Shown: positions 18,101 through 27,187 of the stretch, in pieces
How positions within the stretch are numbered: position 1 is the stretch's first letter
Layout: each line of letters opens with the position of its first letter
From: a virus
Taxonomy: Duplodnaviria; Caudoviricetes
Length of the DNA stretch: 64,000 bases
Virus record (IMG/VR): IMGVR_UViG_3300007735_000777
Location: 1,912 to 65,911 of that record
Reading direction: 5' to 3' (one strand)
Notes under the pieces: generated by a model
The model's database searches: none
What the model was told of the DNA's origin: nothing
Seen by the model: only the letters and a program-made list of their open reading frames with translations
Translations under genes and position numbers: made by a program

Positions 18101-20808
18101 GGGGTGGAGATGCGGTGCCAGAGTTGAAAAATACTTCCCGCCTATTGCGTTTGATGAACGGCATGACACTTCAGTTGCTGAAGTCGGCTGGAGAATTGAC
18201 CAAAGAAATTGAACGAGCATTCCGTGCCGACCACACACTACGGGCTAAGTTGGACAAAATCACAATTACGTCTACGCTTGCGGAAGTAGACCCATCTGAC
18301 CCATTGGCCAAAGTGCGTAATGCCGAGTTGGACAAACAATATAAAGAACTTGGGGCGGACGGCCAACGTGTGTACAAACGTGTCAAAGAACATTTTGAAC
18401 GCTTGTCTCAGTACTTTACCCAGTTACTTGACGATCAGATCACCGACTCTAAATTACCAATTGCAGAAAAAGCAAACCTGATGAAAAAAATCAGGTCAAT
18501 CTACGAAACCGGTAGCAAAATTACACCGTACTTCCCTTTGGTGCGTGTTGGAGACTTTTGGTTATCAATTGGCAAAGGTAAAACCCGTAAGTTCTTCATG
18601 TTTGAAACGGCTGAAGAACGTGATAACGCCATGCAAAAGTTTGCGGATGAGCGCATCAAACAAAAGCCGGATGAGTCCAACTCGCAATTTGAAGAACGCC
18701 GTGCTGACAATTTGTTGGAGTTGCTGACCGATCAAGAATTTGTGCACGGCAACAATATCGCTGACTTGCGTAACCGCAGTGCAGACAGCAGTGCGCTGTT
18801 GATGGAAATTTTTAACGCAATCGACAGTGCTAACCTTGGTGAAACTGAAGCAAAAGAAACGCTCAAGGATGCGGTGTATCAGGTGTACTTGCAGTCGATG
18901 CCAGATCAAAGTTTTCGCAAGCAGTTTATTCACCGCAAAGGTATTACGGGTTTCCGCCCAGACCTTTTGCGCAACGTGGCGCATACCACCGCAAAAATGG
19001 CAACTCAGCTTGCGCGTATCAAGTACGCTCCCTTGCTGCGCAATTCTATGTCGGCGGCTAGAGATTCAATTTCAAACCGACCAACGTACGAACCATTTGT
19101 TACCGAAATGGGTAACCGAGTACGTGCATCTTTGGGGGCATTCCAACAAGGTACAGCAGCTAAGATTGTTGGGCTGATTAACAAAGCTTCATACATTTTC
19201 TACTTGAGTGGCGCAAGTTCCGCGCTGTTGCAGCCGTTGAGTATTTTTCAGACTGGTATGCCGGTGCTATCTAGGTATGGAACGGTCAACGCCACCCGTG
19301 AGATGGGGCGTATGATGAAAGTGTGGCAACAGTTTGGCGCATACAAAGACAACAAAGATGGCACTAAATCATGGGTTGCCCCTTCTATTGAGCATTCAAA
19401 AGCGTTGACCCCAGAGGAACGCCGAGCAGTTCGTGAGATGCTGGCTCGTGATGTAACCACGTCTACGTATGCCAGCGCAGTGTTTGAGTACAAGAAAACC
19501 CCGACTGAAAACTTGTCATCTCCCATAGCGAGCTTTAGCAAGTCAACAGTGGATATGCTGGTACTTGGTGGGTTGATGCACTCAACCGAACGGCTCTCTC
19601 GTGAGATGATGTTCATGTCTTCTTTCCGTTTGAACCGTCAGGCGGGTAAAACTTTTGAACAGGCCATTGAGCAAGCGACATACGACACCAATGAAGCTCT
19701 TGGCAACTATGGCGACTACAACCGTCCGGGCTTCATGCGCAGTCTACCGGGCAAGGTGCTGACTCAGTTCATGATGTACCCGCTGCATGTGACTTTGTTT
19801 ATGCTGAAGAACTTTAAAGAAATGGCCATCCCAATGGATGGGCGCACCCGTGCGGAAGCGGCTAAGAAATTCTTTGGCACTATGGGTACATCGTTTGTTC
19901 TTGCTGGCGCTGTCGGCCTCCCCATGTTCAGCGTAGTCATGGGCTTGCTTGGTTGGGCATGGGAAGCGATGAAAGACGATGACTGGCCAGAAGATATGAA
20001 GTCTATGGACTTTGAGTTCTGGTTCCGTACCGTTTGGCTTGAAGAGCAGCTTGGTGGCGTAAGAATTGGGGATAAAAAACTCTCAGACATTGTGGAGCGT
20101 GGAGTTGCAAACGCTTTGACTGGGCTTGATATTTCAGGTCGTACCAGCCTCAATAATTTGTGGATACGTGAGCAGAAAGAAACTAAAGGGGTCAAAGACG
20201 AGATTATGGCGCTTGCTTTGGAAAAAGCTGGCCCCGGCGTAAACATGTTTGTGTCTCTGGCTGAAGGCATAGAAGCGTTTTATCGTGGTGACATCAACAA
20301 GGGAGTACAGAAGACAACCCCTGCTGGATTTCGCAATTTCAAAACTGCATACGACTTGTTTACTGAAGGCGCAAAGGACAACAAAGGAACAAAGATTCTG
20401 TCTAAAGATGCGTTCAGTACCGGCGTGTTGATCGGGCAGGCCGTCGGCTTCCGTTCTGATCTGCTGGCCAATACCCAGTATGTCAACTTCAAAGTAATTG
20501 GTTTGCAGCAGAAGATTGAGAACGAACGCACTCGGTTGATGAACGACGTCGAAAAACAATTCCGCAATAAGGAGTTCAAGAAGTTTAATGAGCTTGTAAA
20601 CAAAGACGTGATTAAGTTCAACAAACGCTACCCCACGTTTGAAATCACAGACGAAGAAATATTGGCTTCGATTGAAAAACGCGCAGAGCAACGTGCCGAG
20701 TCGTGGCGCGGGGTGTCGCTCACCGACAAGAACGCAACCTTGTTTACCAAAGCCCTCAAACCTTCTCGCCAAGCGGCTAAAGAAGCAGAACAGGCAGGGC
20801 GCAAATAA
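12145..20808 (+). CDS. Giant polyvalent virion/ejection protein with GHKL ATPase and two zincin motifs
   Basis: 2887 aa; HELLH (~15133), KELFQNGFDA/DNGPGM/GGLG/GHGT (~15720-16140), HELAHxxxxxHGADF (~17482). Confidence 0.8.
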   Translation: MAKDFSLEEALTPPLQEEFGLSDLFPQKTPAVASSPSTPVKDKRNNLPPESGVMGGEDVWAPVVEAQKPAPSIMEGRKIPELPTEDRAVVNPKFVTAVEAQLNALPADQRQAALDKMTQRPDVYGRAARAIAGRYAAMDKSFDLPTARKFDPRLEAQTERFAEQGLERPEDYAKAQALSGQLMPDLQQMTADVVGEQADVEAQKRAKELADAGFMGRVGAGVRSQYTKAGLGLLQAYADLTGDEQFSKNLNSARRIEDAREGVIPQGESIFEKSFQGAMTSLGTQAPFLIVSGLTGTSVPVLTQAAIQQFGDSYSEGRAAGLSGSAAAARAVPTAAAEVFFERFGMTKALAGLKAHVAKYGVDSVPKYVAEAIAHELPSELATTATQYGIDALPEIGLNKNPNLVDLYKQLEETLRQTILQSGVTAGATIGVTKGIQKTAQLLGPRKDAYQQDKSYEGLAELIARSKGFLTPEERQQRQQKEEFDLGDLGEVSPKAQQEEEFSLDDIGETRPGVELTETTPTKEAALEAPAKPDREQRINILATQIVEEQGIPDEDARRIATTQVIGQEIKEKEAAAALATKPQTDKVRERAQELLSEGVTLNPTEAIDIATKEIQEQEEADALAASEAQGETNAGQIDTTTSGAGISVAGQPGTNAPTAGLGVADTSGVVPAGQNVAGATKRKRTKPSAVETYKVAENNLDKARQELDAAKKELDDAGYNATPEMQVRLSKAEENYQIADQQAKEAFAATQGQVAPAKPRGAPVRLTPEQRKQKLAENAPVQAEKARAERALARINNTLDAVAKPLTENEFESESAYNDAVQATRAKRRDAIKELLILKGNPALRGTKVGERINAALSRPDISAKEKAEIQAGIDAVNKAKLSGPTASVTTKEPADVRYNKFTTGVQAVSHIAKTGTKFQQRLAKRLRGFVTKVRFVVLEEGQEVPEQLKTPRNAAAWDRSIALYVENYKTGDQVIYVRGASFGVDQGINNLTILHELLHAATNRKIALAKAFIDKGINLNSPVVKAFQDLIRTMNSAGRAYEELARQNKLPMHMVKLRYDGDIFSDPREFVAYGMTDEVMQDFLMKAQGYEEEGSYFSRFVRDLLNFFGLGDGDTNALIDLVVVTDSILKSRPPKLRGRGEQVSRTSKDTTPDVQGETISAMPSVNQKRLSKMLGTKLYGSPENIGAVSIKELFQNGFDAIKEGMEKGQITKGKVDIKLDDSNRTISVVDNGPGMPTSVMGNQFLQIAGTVKGTKRASGGLGVAKMLFLFENKKLEIVSLRDGVLSRMVTTGDDLKEAFDGSGPAPQITTSSNPDTVEQYKSLFPDGHGTAVVIQVPETYTDTSTGEEKKIKFDAYDLEDVPVLEFSPLFDDIDVTVTRNGRKKTLNLGNNFPIQDYTPFANVNFAWGTARIYVTKEKASPPYKGNTHILSNGLWQFDTNLKDRPGWEGKQIQRTFYIDVSPAPDVKPEDAAYPFDLNRQNFSQQAGQDFQKIFNYITAIYGQLDLAASVKNFGTVQYVNSDGSLTTAETLEPNAPMTDNAFTLIKPGDEVEVRDGVLYVNNRGLPELSIDDLKNTAPRLEELTIPQDQIDPQKVMVHDNTTYVRVSSDPVDTLLDFTLSPEAGEEFLLKFDSNNKVIGLDVFSLDKDGYRTFVERTLTGDAKSLLNQLENLGWLPESMKSGGESLSDKARAQFGDKRYDRYLATIGKTFQTLRNALVASGNEYGSLAEEAIGTSIDNEYYGVSIIVPFRGMFINPATTDLRGSPAEIALSMIGTMIHELAHFRVRSHGADFASEMQRVMVLLKTSPNINLDSLEKNLTAHIKANQDIFDFLNKEFRDGNLKPRGNRFKDSGGYQQIENEGSPKPMESTGGTGDEWRPSLSASTGQGTGGAGKVGIGQGLNNEAQEVGDAVRTQKEVDAAVKVAAEQFVESKKGYDFSKAVTALQMLQHPTEVIPALKALWKRATLAQRNALVKLPTTEFLADWGGDAVPELKNTSRLLRLMNGMTLQLLKSAGELTKEIERAFRADHTLRAKLDKITITSTLAEVDPSDPLAKVRNAELDKQYKELGADGQRVYKRVKEHFERLSQYFTQLLDDQITDSKLPIAEKANLMKKIRSIYETGSKITPYFPLVRVGDFWLSIGKGKTRKFFMFETAEERDNAMQKFADERIKQKPDESNSQFEERRADNLLELLTDQEFVHGNNIADLRNRSADSSALLMEIFNAIDSANLGETEAKETLKDAVYQVYLQSMPDQSFRKQFIHRKGITGFRPDLLRNVAHTTAKMATQLARIKYAPLLRNSMSAARDSISNRPTYEPFVTEMGNRVRASLGAFQQGTAAKIVGLINKASYIFYLSGASSALLQPLSIFQTGMPVLSRYGTVNATREMGRMMKVWQQFGAYKDNKDGTKSWVAPSIEHSKALTPEERRAVREMLARDVTTSTYASAVFEYKKTPTENLSSPIASFSKSTVDMLVLGGLMHSTERLSREMMFMSSFRLNRQAGKTFEQAIEQATYDTNEALGNYGDYNRPGFMRSLPGKVLTQFMMYPLHVTLFMLKNFKEMAIPMDGRTRAEAAKKFFGTMGTSFVLAGAVGLPMFSVVMGLLGWAWEAMKDDDWPEDMKSMDFEFWFRTVWLEEQLGGVRIGDKKLSDIVERGVANALTGLDISGRTSLNNLWIREQKETKGVKDEIMALALEKAGPGVNMFVSLAEGIEAFYRGDINKGVQKTTPAGFRNFKTAYDLFTEGAKDNKGTKILSKDAFSTGVLIGQAVGFRSDLLANTQYVNFKVIGLQQKIENERTRLMNDVEKQFRNKEFKKFNELVNKDVIKFNKRYPTFEITDEEILASIEKRAEQRAESWRGVSLTDKNATLFTKALKPSRQAAKEAEQAGRK

Positions 20809-20832
20809 AAAACCCCCGCACACAGGCGGGGG
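20806..20832 (-). terminator. Intrinsic terminator between convergent gene blocks
   Basis: CCCCGC-N6-GCGGGG stem followed by a T-tract on the - strand. Confidence 0.7.
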
Positions 20833-20877
20833 AAAAGGAGGTATCGAAAGGAGCTAACTTTCAGGTGTGAGTTTAAC

Positions 20878-21075
20878 TCAGGTGCGCCAAATCCGTAGCC
20901 CTTTCACGCCATCCACAATCACAACCTTCGTAATTGTGGATATTTTTAACCTTTTTGTTACAGCGGCAAGCGCTTTCCTCGCCGCAACATGGTCAATGCA
21001 GGGTACAAATACGGATTGGCCGACACGGAATTTGCTCCAATCAAGCTGATACGAGACTGTCTCGATCTTCATCAA
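20878..21075 (-). CDS. Small hypothetical protein
   Basis: Overlaps the primase stop; ends GLRIWRT. Confidence 0.65.
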   Translation of the reverse strand: MMKIETVSYQLDWSKFRVGQSVFVPCIDHVAARKALAAVTKRLKISTITKVVIVDGVKGLRIWRT

Positions 21076-23896
21076 TGCCCAATATCACGTCAATGCGCAG
21101 GAACTCAGACTTCGATGCGTCAAACTTCAGGGTACGTATCGGCGGGGACACAATCTTCATACCCTTGGACATGCGCTTGTTGCAGGCTTCGGTGAACACT
21201 TCAAGGTCGCCCAACTGCTTGAGCAAGTTTTTGTAATTGACCTGCTGCTTGACGCAGAAGTCTTTAAATTGCTTGGCTGCGACGTAAACGTGCTGTGTAT
21301 CTGGCTCGTAACGTACCAGCAACTCCCCTCGGGGTTCTTGGGTTGGCATGGCCGACAGATTACTTCGAGAATCTACCTCGCCGTTGACCACCAAGGTGTT
21401 TATTACATGGCTGTTGAGGAACTCACCCAGCGTGATGACTGGGGTTGACTGCGGCGGTTTCACATCATGGCGCATCTCACTCAGCATCCCCTTGAGCCAT
21501 TCATAGACTGCGGCCATATCGTAGTCGTGCAAACCAAGGTGACGTGCAATCAGGCCACCAGCAATGTTGCAAGCGGCTGTGGCTGACCAGAAGCGCTCCC
21601 GTGCGGTGAACTGAACTTCCTTGTCCAGTCGGGCCTGAACCTTCTTCACCAGATCAATGGCTTCTTCCAGATTGTTCACCAACCATGAAATGTAGATTTC
21701 CCCTGCGTGGCCGTAGTTGTTGTTCAGTTGGTGATCGAACATCTCTTTGCCCTTGGCCACACCGATCAAGTCGTTCGGCTCAATTTTGTACTCAAGTAAG
21801 CGCACTGATTCACCATCGGGGGTATTTTTCAGCGCCGTTAATTTTTCATAGAAGCTGGCATTGGCCGAGCACAATGTCATGTTTTGCCAAGATGCGTTGT
21901 TGACCCGCAAAGAATTCTCTTGGCTCTTTTGGCGATTCTTACCTCGGCCTTGGCTGATGCCGTATGACAAGTCTGAAAACTCGTCGGGCTTCATGTTGGT
22001 GATCTCGTCAATCGTATTGGGCAGGCTGTTCATCACACCCAGTTGAGTCATCTTGGCGTTGAGCGTATCCTTTTGAATCGCCATCAGTTCGTACGGCATT
22101 CCATACACGCTGTTGCACATGCGCAAAATGGTTGATTTTCCTGATCCGGCGAATTCGTAAATCACGTTTATGATCGCGCCCTTGAGTCCGGTGAACTTCA
22201 TCAGTGGTGAACCAAACGCTGTCAGCGCCCCGAACGCATGTGGCTCCATGCCCTTTATCCCGTACAGGTTGAACACCTCTTTCCACTTCTCCATATCACC
22301 TTTGACGTGAATCTTCTCGGCGAAGAATTCTGTTGTCAATGACGGGGGGCTATAGAACGTGCCGTCCTTGGTAATCTCCTTGTCCCCCATGATGAACTTA
22401 CTGTCGTTCTCGACCCATCCAAATTGTGTTCTCATTGTTTCTGCCTTCTTCGTGTACTGCAAATTTTTAACTGACGTGACGACGTACGTTGCAAGGTTCT
22501 CGTACTGCTTGTGGTGCGCCATTACGCCTTGCTGTGCAAGCTGTTTGCGTAGCTCGTCTTTCGATGAGATCGCCGCTGTTGTGACCGCGAACTCTTTCAT
22601 GCCGTCATGCGGTAGGTGAAGCCTGAACAGTGCAAGCTCACCAAGCTCTTTGTCCTTCATCCGCTTGACCACATACAGGTCGTGCTCGTAAACCAACTTC
22701 GGCTCAGACTCTTCGTCCTCGGCGGGGCGTACATACACACCGCCCTTCTTGCCCCTGAAAAATGGAAATGGATACTCAGGGATTTGGTATTTGGTTTCTC
22801 CTGCCTCAGTCTCAACCACGACTTCGTTGTCGGCTTCTTCCGCCGCTTCTATTTCTATACCTAACACGATAGGTGAAGTAATCTTGCCCTTGTGCAAACA
22901 CCCATCACACCCACCGGGGTTACGTTCTTCAAATGTTGTGCAGTGGTGCGGCCCACCGCGCTTGCGAATATTCCTGAGCTTGTTGTCCACCTCAGCGGGG
23001 TCGTACTCAGGGTGCTGATCGGACATTTTGTGCGCCGCCTTGTCTCCATCTGTGCAGAACGCTGGAATCGACAGGGCTGACATCCACAACGGCTCGTCAA
23101 CCTCGGCTTGGTTTGTGAAACAGTAGTTGAGTTGTAAACAACCGTTCTCGGCCTTGAGCATGATGTTCTTGAACTTTTTGACCTTGTTGGCCATCAGTGC
23201 TTCCATCATTGGACTCATTGACGCAGGTACGAAGTCGGGCTTTTCTTCTTCTACCTTGGGTGCTGGTGCACCCAATAACTCACGCATCTGCTCAGCGGTA
23301 ATCCTCGCTGAGTTCTCGTTCCAAATCTCCACAGGTTTGGGGTTGCTTGGGTCTTTAAAGTTGAACGAGTGCATCGGGCGCAGGACGCGGGATGCTTCAA
23401 ATACTTTGTCGTCAACAATCAGGCCGTGCTCTTTGCACAGTTGTTTAAGCCGCTTGGCCAAAGGCTCCCACTCATTGCGGGACAGCGTTTCTTCAAGTAG
23501 CCAGTAGGCGTGAATCCCGTTTCCAGAATTCACCAAAATTGGTTGCGGTAGGCCGACAGCTTTGCAAAACTTTTTGAATTCAGCCAGCCCAATGTGCTGG
23601 TCAAGATAGCCTTCGATTTTCCCTTTGGAGTTTGGTACACCCTTGGTCGGGCCGCAATCAATGTCCATCCACAGTGCGCGGAAGTACTTGGCGTTATTGT
23701 GCGTACGGTCATCTGCTTCACCGAACTTGGCACATCCAAAATAAACATCAATCTTCTTGCTGACAAACTCCTGAATGATCTCTTCAGCTTCTTCTCTGGT
23801 ATCTGCAAATCTTTGGTCTGGGAACCGACCTATGCCAATCACACAGTATCGTCCTTCCGTTGGGAGAACGGTGTCGAGCAGATCGAATGTGGACAT
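21041..23896 (-). CDS. Primase-helicase (RepB/primase-like N-terminus plus DUF927-type P-loop helicase)
   Basis: WMDIDCG and SGNGIHAYW primase motifs, Cys cluster (HCTTF..CDGC), Walker A AGSGKST, Walker B TIDE. Confidence 0.85.
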   Translation of the reverse strand: MSTFDLLDTVLPTEGRYCVIGIGRFPDQRFADTREEAEEIIQEFVSKKIDVYFGCAKFGEADDRTHNNAKYFRALWMDIDCGPTKGVPNSKGKIEGYLDQHIGLAEFKKFCKAVGLPQPILVNSGNGIHAYWLLEETLSRNEWEPLAKRLKQLCKEHGLIVDDKVFEASRVLRPMHSFNFKDPSNPKPVEIWNENSARITAEQMRELLGAPAPKVEEEKPDFVPASMSPMMEALMANKVKKFKNIMLKAENGCLQLNYCFTNQAEVDEPLWMSALSIPAFCTDGDKAAHKMSDQHPEYDPAEVDNKLRNIRKRGGPHHCTTFEERNPGGCDGCLHKGKITSPIVLGIEIEAAEEADNEVVVETEAGETKYQIPEYPFPFFRGKKGGVYVRPAEDEESEPKLVYEHDLYVVKRMKDKELGELALFRLHLPHDGMKEFAVTTAAISSKDELRKQLAQQGVMAHHKQYENLATYVVTSVKNLQYTKKAETMRTQFGWVENDSKFIMGDKEITKDGTFYSPPSLTTEFFAEKIHVKGDMEKWKEVFNLYGIKGMEPHAFGALTAFGSPLMKFTGLKGAIINVIYEFAGSGKSTILRMCNSVYGMPYELMAIQKDTLNAKMTQLGVMNSLPNTIDEITNMKPDEFSDLSYGISQGRGKNRQKSQENSLRVNNASWQNMTLCSANASFYEKLTALKNTPDGESVRLLEYKIEPNDLIGVAKGKEMFDHQLNNNYGHAGEIYISWLVNNLEEAIDLVKKVQARLDKEVQFTARERFWSATAACNIAGGLIARHLGLHDYDMAAVYEWLKGMLSEMRHDVKPPQSTPVITLGEFLNSHVINTLVVNGEVDSRSNLSAMPTQEPRGELLVRYEPDTQHVYVAAKQFKDFCVKQQVNYKNLLKQLGDLEVFTEACNKRMSKGMKIVSPPIRTLKFDASKSEFLRIDVILGIDEDRDSLVSA

Positions 23897-23898
23897 TG

Positions 23899-24138
23899 TT
23901 ATTTGCGCTTTTTGTGTCGTGCCATGAAACGCTCAATCTGCTCCGAGTAGGCAGGAGATGGGGCAAACTCACCCCAGAACCAGTTGTAAACCGTCATGCG
24001 GCTCACACCAAGCTCCACTGCCACCTTCGTGGCAGTAATCTCCCTCTCGATGCAGAAGCGGCCCAAGGCTACGCCCAAAGATTCAGCATCAGCCTTTGCA
24101 TTGGCGTCAACTAACTTTTGGCTGTAACCGTAGGACAT
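23899..24138 (-). CDS. Cro/XRE-type HTH protein
   Basis: ATKVAVELGVSRMTVYNWF helix-turn-helix. Confidence 0.8.
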   Translation of the reverse strand: MSYGYSQKLVDANAKADAESLGVALGRFCIEREITATKVAVELGVSRMTVYNWFWGEFAPSPAYSEQIERFMARHKKRK

Positions 24139-24141
24139 GCG

Positions 24142-25038
24142 TCATTCCTCGTCTGTTGACCATGCCGCCGCGACAGAGGCAAGGCTCTTCTTGGCAGTCG
24201 GTGTTGCAGGCTCGGCGGCTTTCTTGGACTCACGCTTCTTCGGTGCTTCCTCAGCTTCAGGCTCAGGGGCTGATGCCGCAGGCTTAGGTGCTTCCAACTT
24301 CGCACGGCCAGACGTATCGGCTTGGTACGGAGTCATCACAACCAGCTTCTGTGTTTCAGGCAAGACAGAGGCTTTACTGGTCACTGTGTACTCATCCTTA
24401 TTGATGAAACGCACAGGCGTGAACAGGATGGACTGGTTGTCATTGTCTTCGTTGAAGCTCAACTTGGTAACAACGTAGTCCAAGCTCTTGCCATTGTTGG
24501 CCAAGTACTTGGTGTAGCTCTCAAAGGGGTGAGTGTTGTCACCGACACTATCGCCAAACAAAGACTTGGAAGCCAAGTTCATTTGGTACACAGAACCTTC
24601 AAGCGAAGTACCGAAGTCTTCTTCCAACGTCACAGCGATGCGGCGTGAGTAGCGGCAAGCCTTGGAGTTGCCCATGCCTGAACCCTTGATGTTTTGCTCG
24701 CATGTGTCGCAACGATCAGACTGAGCATTGGTAGAACCAGCGTCAGGCACGTTGCCGTCATTTGAGAAACAGTCGGGTGCAGTCGGCTCAGCTTCAGGAG
24801 TCCACTGCTTGGCGTAAAAGATACGACCAACTTTGGGTGAAGCATTGATGATGACAACATTCAAGTCGCCTTTGACTTTGCCCATTTCTTCACCACCCAC
24901 AACTTTACGGAAGATTCCGTTTTTGGGGACGATGCGTTTAACGCCAGTGCGACCGGCGAGGTTTTTTGTAAGCTCACTGACTCCAGCGGTTTGCAGGAAG
25001 TCGGGGAGGTCTTGGTTGAGGATGGTGAGGTTACTCAT
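24142..25038 (-). CDS. Putative ssDNA-binding protein
   Basis: PDCFS.DG..P..CDTC..N..GS...KACR pattern and acidic tail (WSTDEE); replication context. Confidence 0.65.
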   Translation of the reverse strand: MSNLTILNQDLPDFLQTAGVSELTKNLAGRTGVKRIVPKNGIFRKVVGGEEMGKVKGDLNVVIINASPKVGRIFYAKQWTPEAEPTAPDCFSNDGNVPDAGSTNAQSDRCDTCEQNIKGSGMGNSKACRYSRRIAVTLEEDFGTSLEGSVYQMNLASKSLFGDSVGDNTHPFESYTKYLANNGKSLDYVVTKLSFNEDNDNQSILFTPVRFINKDEYTVTSKASVLPETQKLVVMTPYQADTSGRAKLEAPKPAASAPEPEAEEAPKKRESKKAAEPATPTAKKSLASVAAAWSTDEE

Positions 25039-25039
25039 T

Positions 25040-25474
25040 TCAGTTTTCCTTAGAACGTCTAACAACCACGGTGTATTCGCTTTCTACGTTCAAGCCCATA
25101 GGAAGCAGGTCGGGATTCTCGGAAAGAAACTCTTTCATGTGTGTTTGATGAAGTCTCTTTTCCAGCAGGCCATACGCATCGTTTTCTTTGATGAAGCGAT
25201 ACATAGAATCCCAATCGTTCGTCCAATACCGTGACTTTATTGAACGGATGATCGTGCCAGCTTTTGTACGAATGCTGTCTGCATTCATTGTTTTGCATGT
25301 CTCAAGCATCTCAGCTTCAAGTACGCCCATCTGTTCTTCCAGATCAGCGTATTGCTGTTTGTAGTCTGCTGTGAGTTTGTCCTTGGCGTCGCGTATCTTG
25401 ATGTAGATACCGGCAAGTCTGTCGAGGGGTAAGGAATGGGTGGGTTCTCCATCCTGAACTTCTAATGCGTCCAT
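25040..25474 (-). CDS. Coiled-coil replication-module protein
   Basis: YIKIRD coiled coil; DWDSMYRFI..LLEKR; GGAG SD. Confidence 0.7.
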   Translation of the reverse strand: MDALEVQDGEPTHSLPLDRLAGIYIKIRDAKDKLTADYKQQYADLEEQMGVLEAEMLETCKTMNADSIRTKAGTIIRSIKSRYWTNDWDSMYRFIKENDAYGLLEKRLHQTHMKEFLSENPDLLPMGLNVESEYTVVVRRSKEN

Positions 25475-25500
25475 AGTTAGCTCCGTTTGTTTGGGGGGTC

Positions 25501-25530
25501 AGTCTATCACAGAACTTGACATTGTCAAGT
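25501..25530 (-). promoter_or_regulatory. Sigma70-like promoter with -35 inside palindrome ACTTGACA-T-TGTCAAGT
   Basis: - strand TTGACA-16 nt-TAGACT with TGn extension. Confidence 0.6.
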
Positions 25531-26913
25531 ACCTTCAGAAATTATTTCTTGTCGGTATAAGTCAATTATTTGGCTGTGATTGTTTACATTGCCTCGCAAG
25601 AGGCCGTACATCCTTGTCTCTATCGGACTGCCATTTATATGCACGACTGTCATTGGGTTGACTTGGCCGGGGCGGTCAATTCGTGCGTTGGCTTGGAGGT
25701 ATGTTTCTACGCTGGTACAAGGAGCGTACCAGACGATTGTGTCGGCAGCAGTTAGGGTTAATCCGTGGGATGCTGCTTGCGGTTGGATGATGAGAACTTT
25801 GGGTTCAGGGTTGGCTTGAAACCGCTGAACAATGTCTGATCGTTTGTTGACGCTCACTTCGCCGTTGATGACTTCGCACGTTATTTTGTGCTTTTCCAAG
25901 TGCGCTTTTAGCAAAGCGATGGTATGTGTAAATGGTACAAACACCAGCACCTTATTACTGCTTTCGTCAATCACTTCGCGCACCACGTTCATGCGTTTGG
26001 ACACATCAAAGTCAATCACTTCACCAGTGTCGGTATAGATTGAGCCACACGCTATTTGCAGTAGCTTGCTGACCTTGACAGCGGCGTTGACCGCAGAGAT
26101 TTCTTCGCCGTCTGCCTCGATCAACATCTGGGATTTCAACAGCTTGTAGAAGCCCATCTGCTGTGTCGTCATCGGTGCATCACGGTCAACAAACGTCACC
26201 GGAGGCAAGTCAATGCACTGCCGCTTCTCAAACCGAATGGCGGGTTGAAGAGCCTTGTGAACAATGTGCTTGGCCTCGGGGCGGGGTATCCATTTGAACT
26301 CACTGATCTTGTACATCACCTGATCTCTAAACTGACCATAGAACATCGGGATACCGTGGGGGTTAATCAGCTTTGCCAATCCGTAAGCATCCACAGGCGA
26401 CTGAGCCGCTGGGGTTCCGGTCAACATCCACAGACCCTTGATAACTTTTGTTAGGTCGCGCAAATCTTTCCAACGATCTGTCTGAGAATTCTTATACGCT
26501 GACGCTTCATCAACCACAATCAAATCAAAGCCGCTCTTGAGCAGTTCACTCTTAACGATTCCAACACCATCGAAATTGATAATGACAAACTCTGACCCCG
26601 CATTGATGATCTCTTTGCGTTTCTTGGCAGAGCCATGCGCTACAGATACCGTGCGATGTATTGCAAACTTGAACAAGTCTTGTTGCCATGCCGACTTCAT
26701 GATCGACAGTGGGCATATCACTAACACACGCTTGACTACACCTAACTGCATCAAATAATCTACTGCCCAAATCACTGATGCTGTCTTGCCTGTACCCTGC
26801 TCGTTGAAGCAGAATGACTTCGGGTTGTTGACAAGAAATTCTGATGTTGTCTTCTGATGCTCGAACGGGGTGAACCCCGGTGGACGAGGCCACTCATACT
26901 CTGATATGTTCAT
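25525..26913 (-). CDS. SNF2-family helicase
   Basis: EQGTGKT, VVDEAS, LTGTP, HGLTLT, QANARIDRPGQ. Confidence 0.9.
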   Translation of the reverse strand: MNISEYEWPRPPGFTPFEHQKTTSEFLVNNPKSFCFNEQGTGKTASVIWAVDYLMQLGVVKRVLVICPLSIMKSAWQQDLFKFAIHRTVSVAHGSAKKRKEIINAGSEFVIINFDGVGIVKSELLKSGFDLIVVDEASAYKNSQTDRWKDLRDLTKVIKGLWMLTGTPAAQSPVDAYGLAKLINPHGIPMFYGQFRDQVMYKISEFKWIPRPEAKHIVHKALQPAIRFEKRQCIDLPPVTFVDRDAPMTTQQMGFYKLLKSQMLIEADGEEISAVNAAVKVSKLLQIACGSIYTDTGEVIDFDVSKRMNVVREVIDESSNKVLVFVPFTHTIALLKAHLEKHKITCEVINGEVSVNKRSDIVQRFQANPEPKVLIIQPQAASHGLTLTAADTIVWYAPCTSVETYLQANARIDRPGQVNPMTVVHINGSPIETRMYGLLRGNVNNHSQIIDLYRQEIISEGT

Positions 26914-27185
26914 TTTTTTGGTTTGTTAATTTTGACCGTGTGGTCTGAGTTACGGGTGAACGAGCGATTGGCGCTCGGGCTTTTGAGTTTAAGATTTCCT
27001 TTAGCATTTGTTCCCCCTTTGGACAATGGAACCACATGGTCGATGTCCTTTCCAGTACGGTCAATGCCCTTTTTGTCCATCTCGTTTCTTGCACGTTGTC
27101 TATCCATCCTGTCTTCATGTTCACCGCGAGCTTTTTGCTGTTGGTATTCTTTTTTGTATGGTCTTGGTTTGTTTACGTAGGGCAT
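26910..27185 (-). CDS. HNH endonuclease
   Basis: DIDHVVPLSKGGTN..GNL....ANRS; start MPYVNKPRPY. Confidence 0.85.
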   Translation of the reverse strand: MPYVNKPRPYKKEYQQQKARGEHEDRMDRQRARNEMDKKGIDRTGKDIDHVVPLSKGGTNAKGNLKLKSPSANRSFTRNSDHTVKINKPKK

Positions 27186-27187
27186 GA

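Noticed and set aside
12189-20823. Many minus-strand ORFs opposite the giant gene, and similar shadows opposite portal, capsid and polymerase
   Set aside because: Antisense shadows of long coding frames, with no SD or recognisable motifs.
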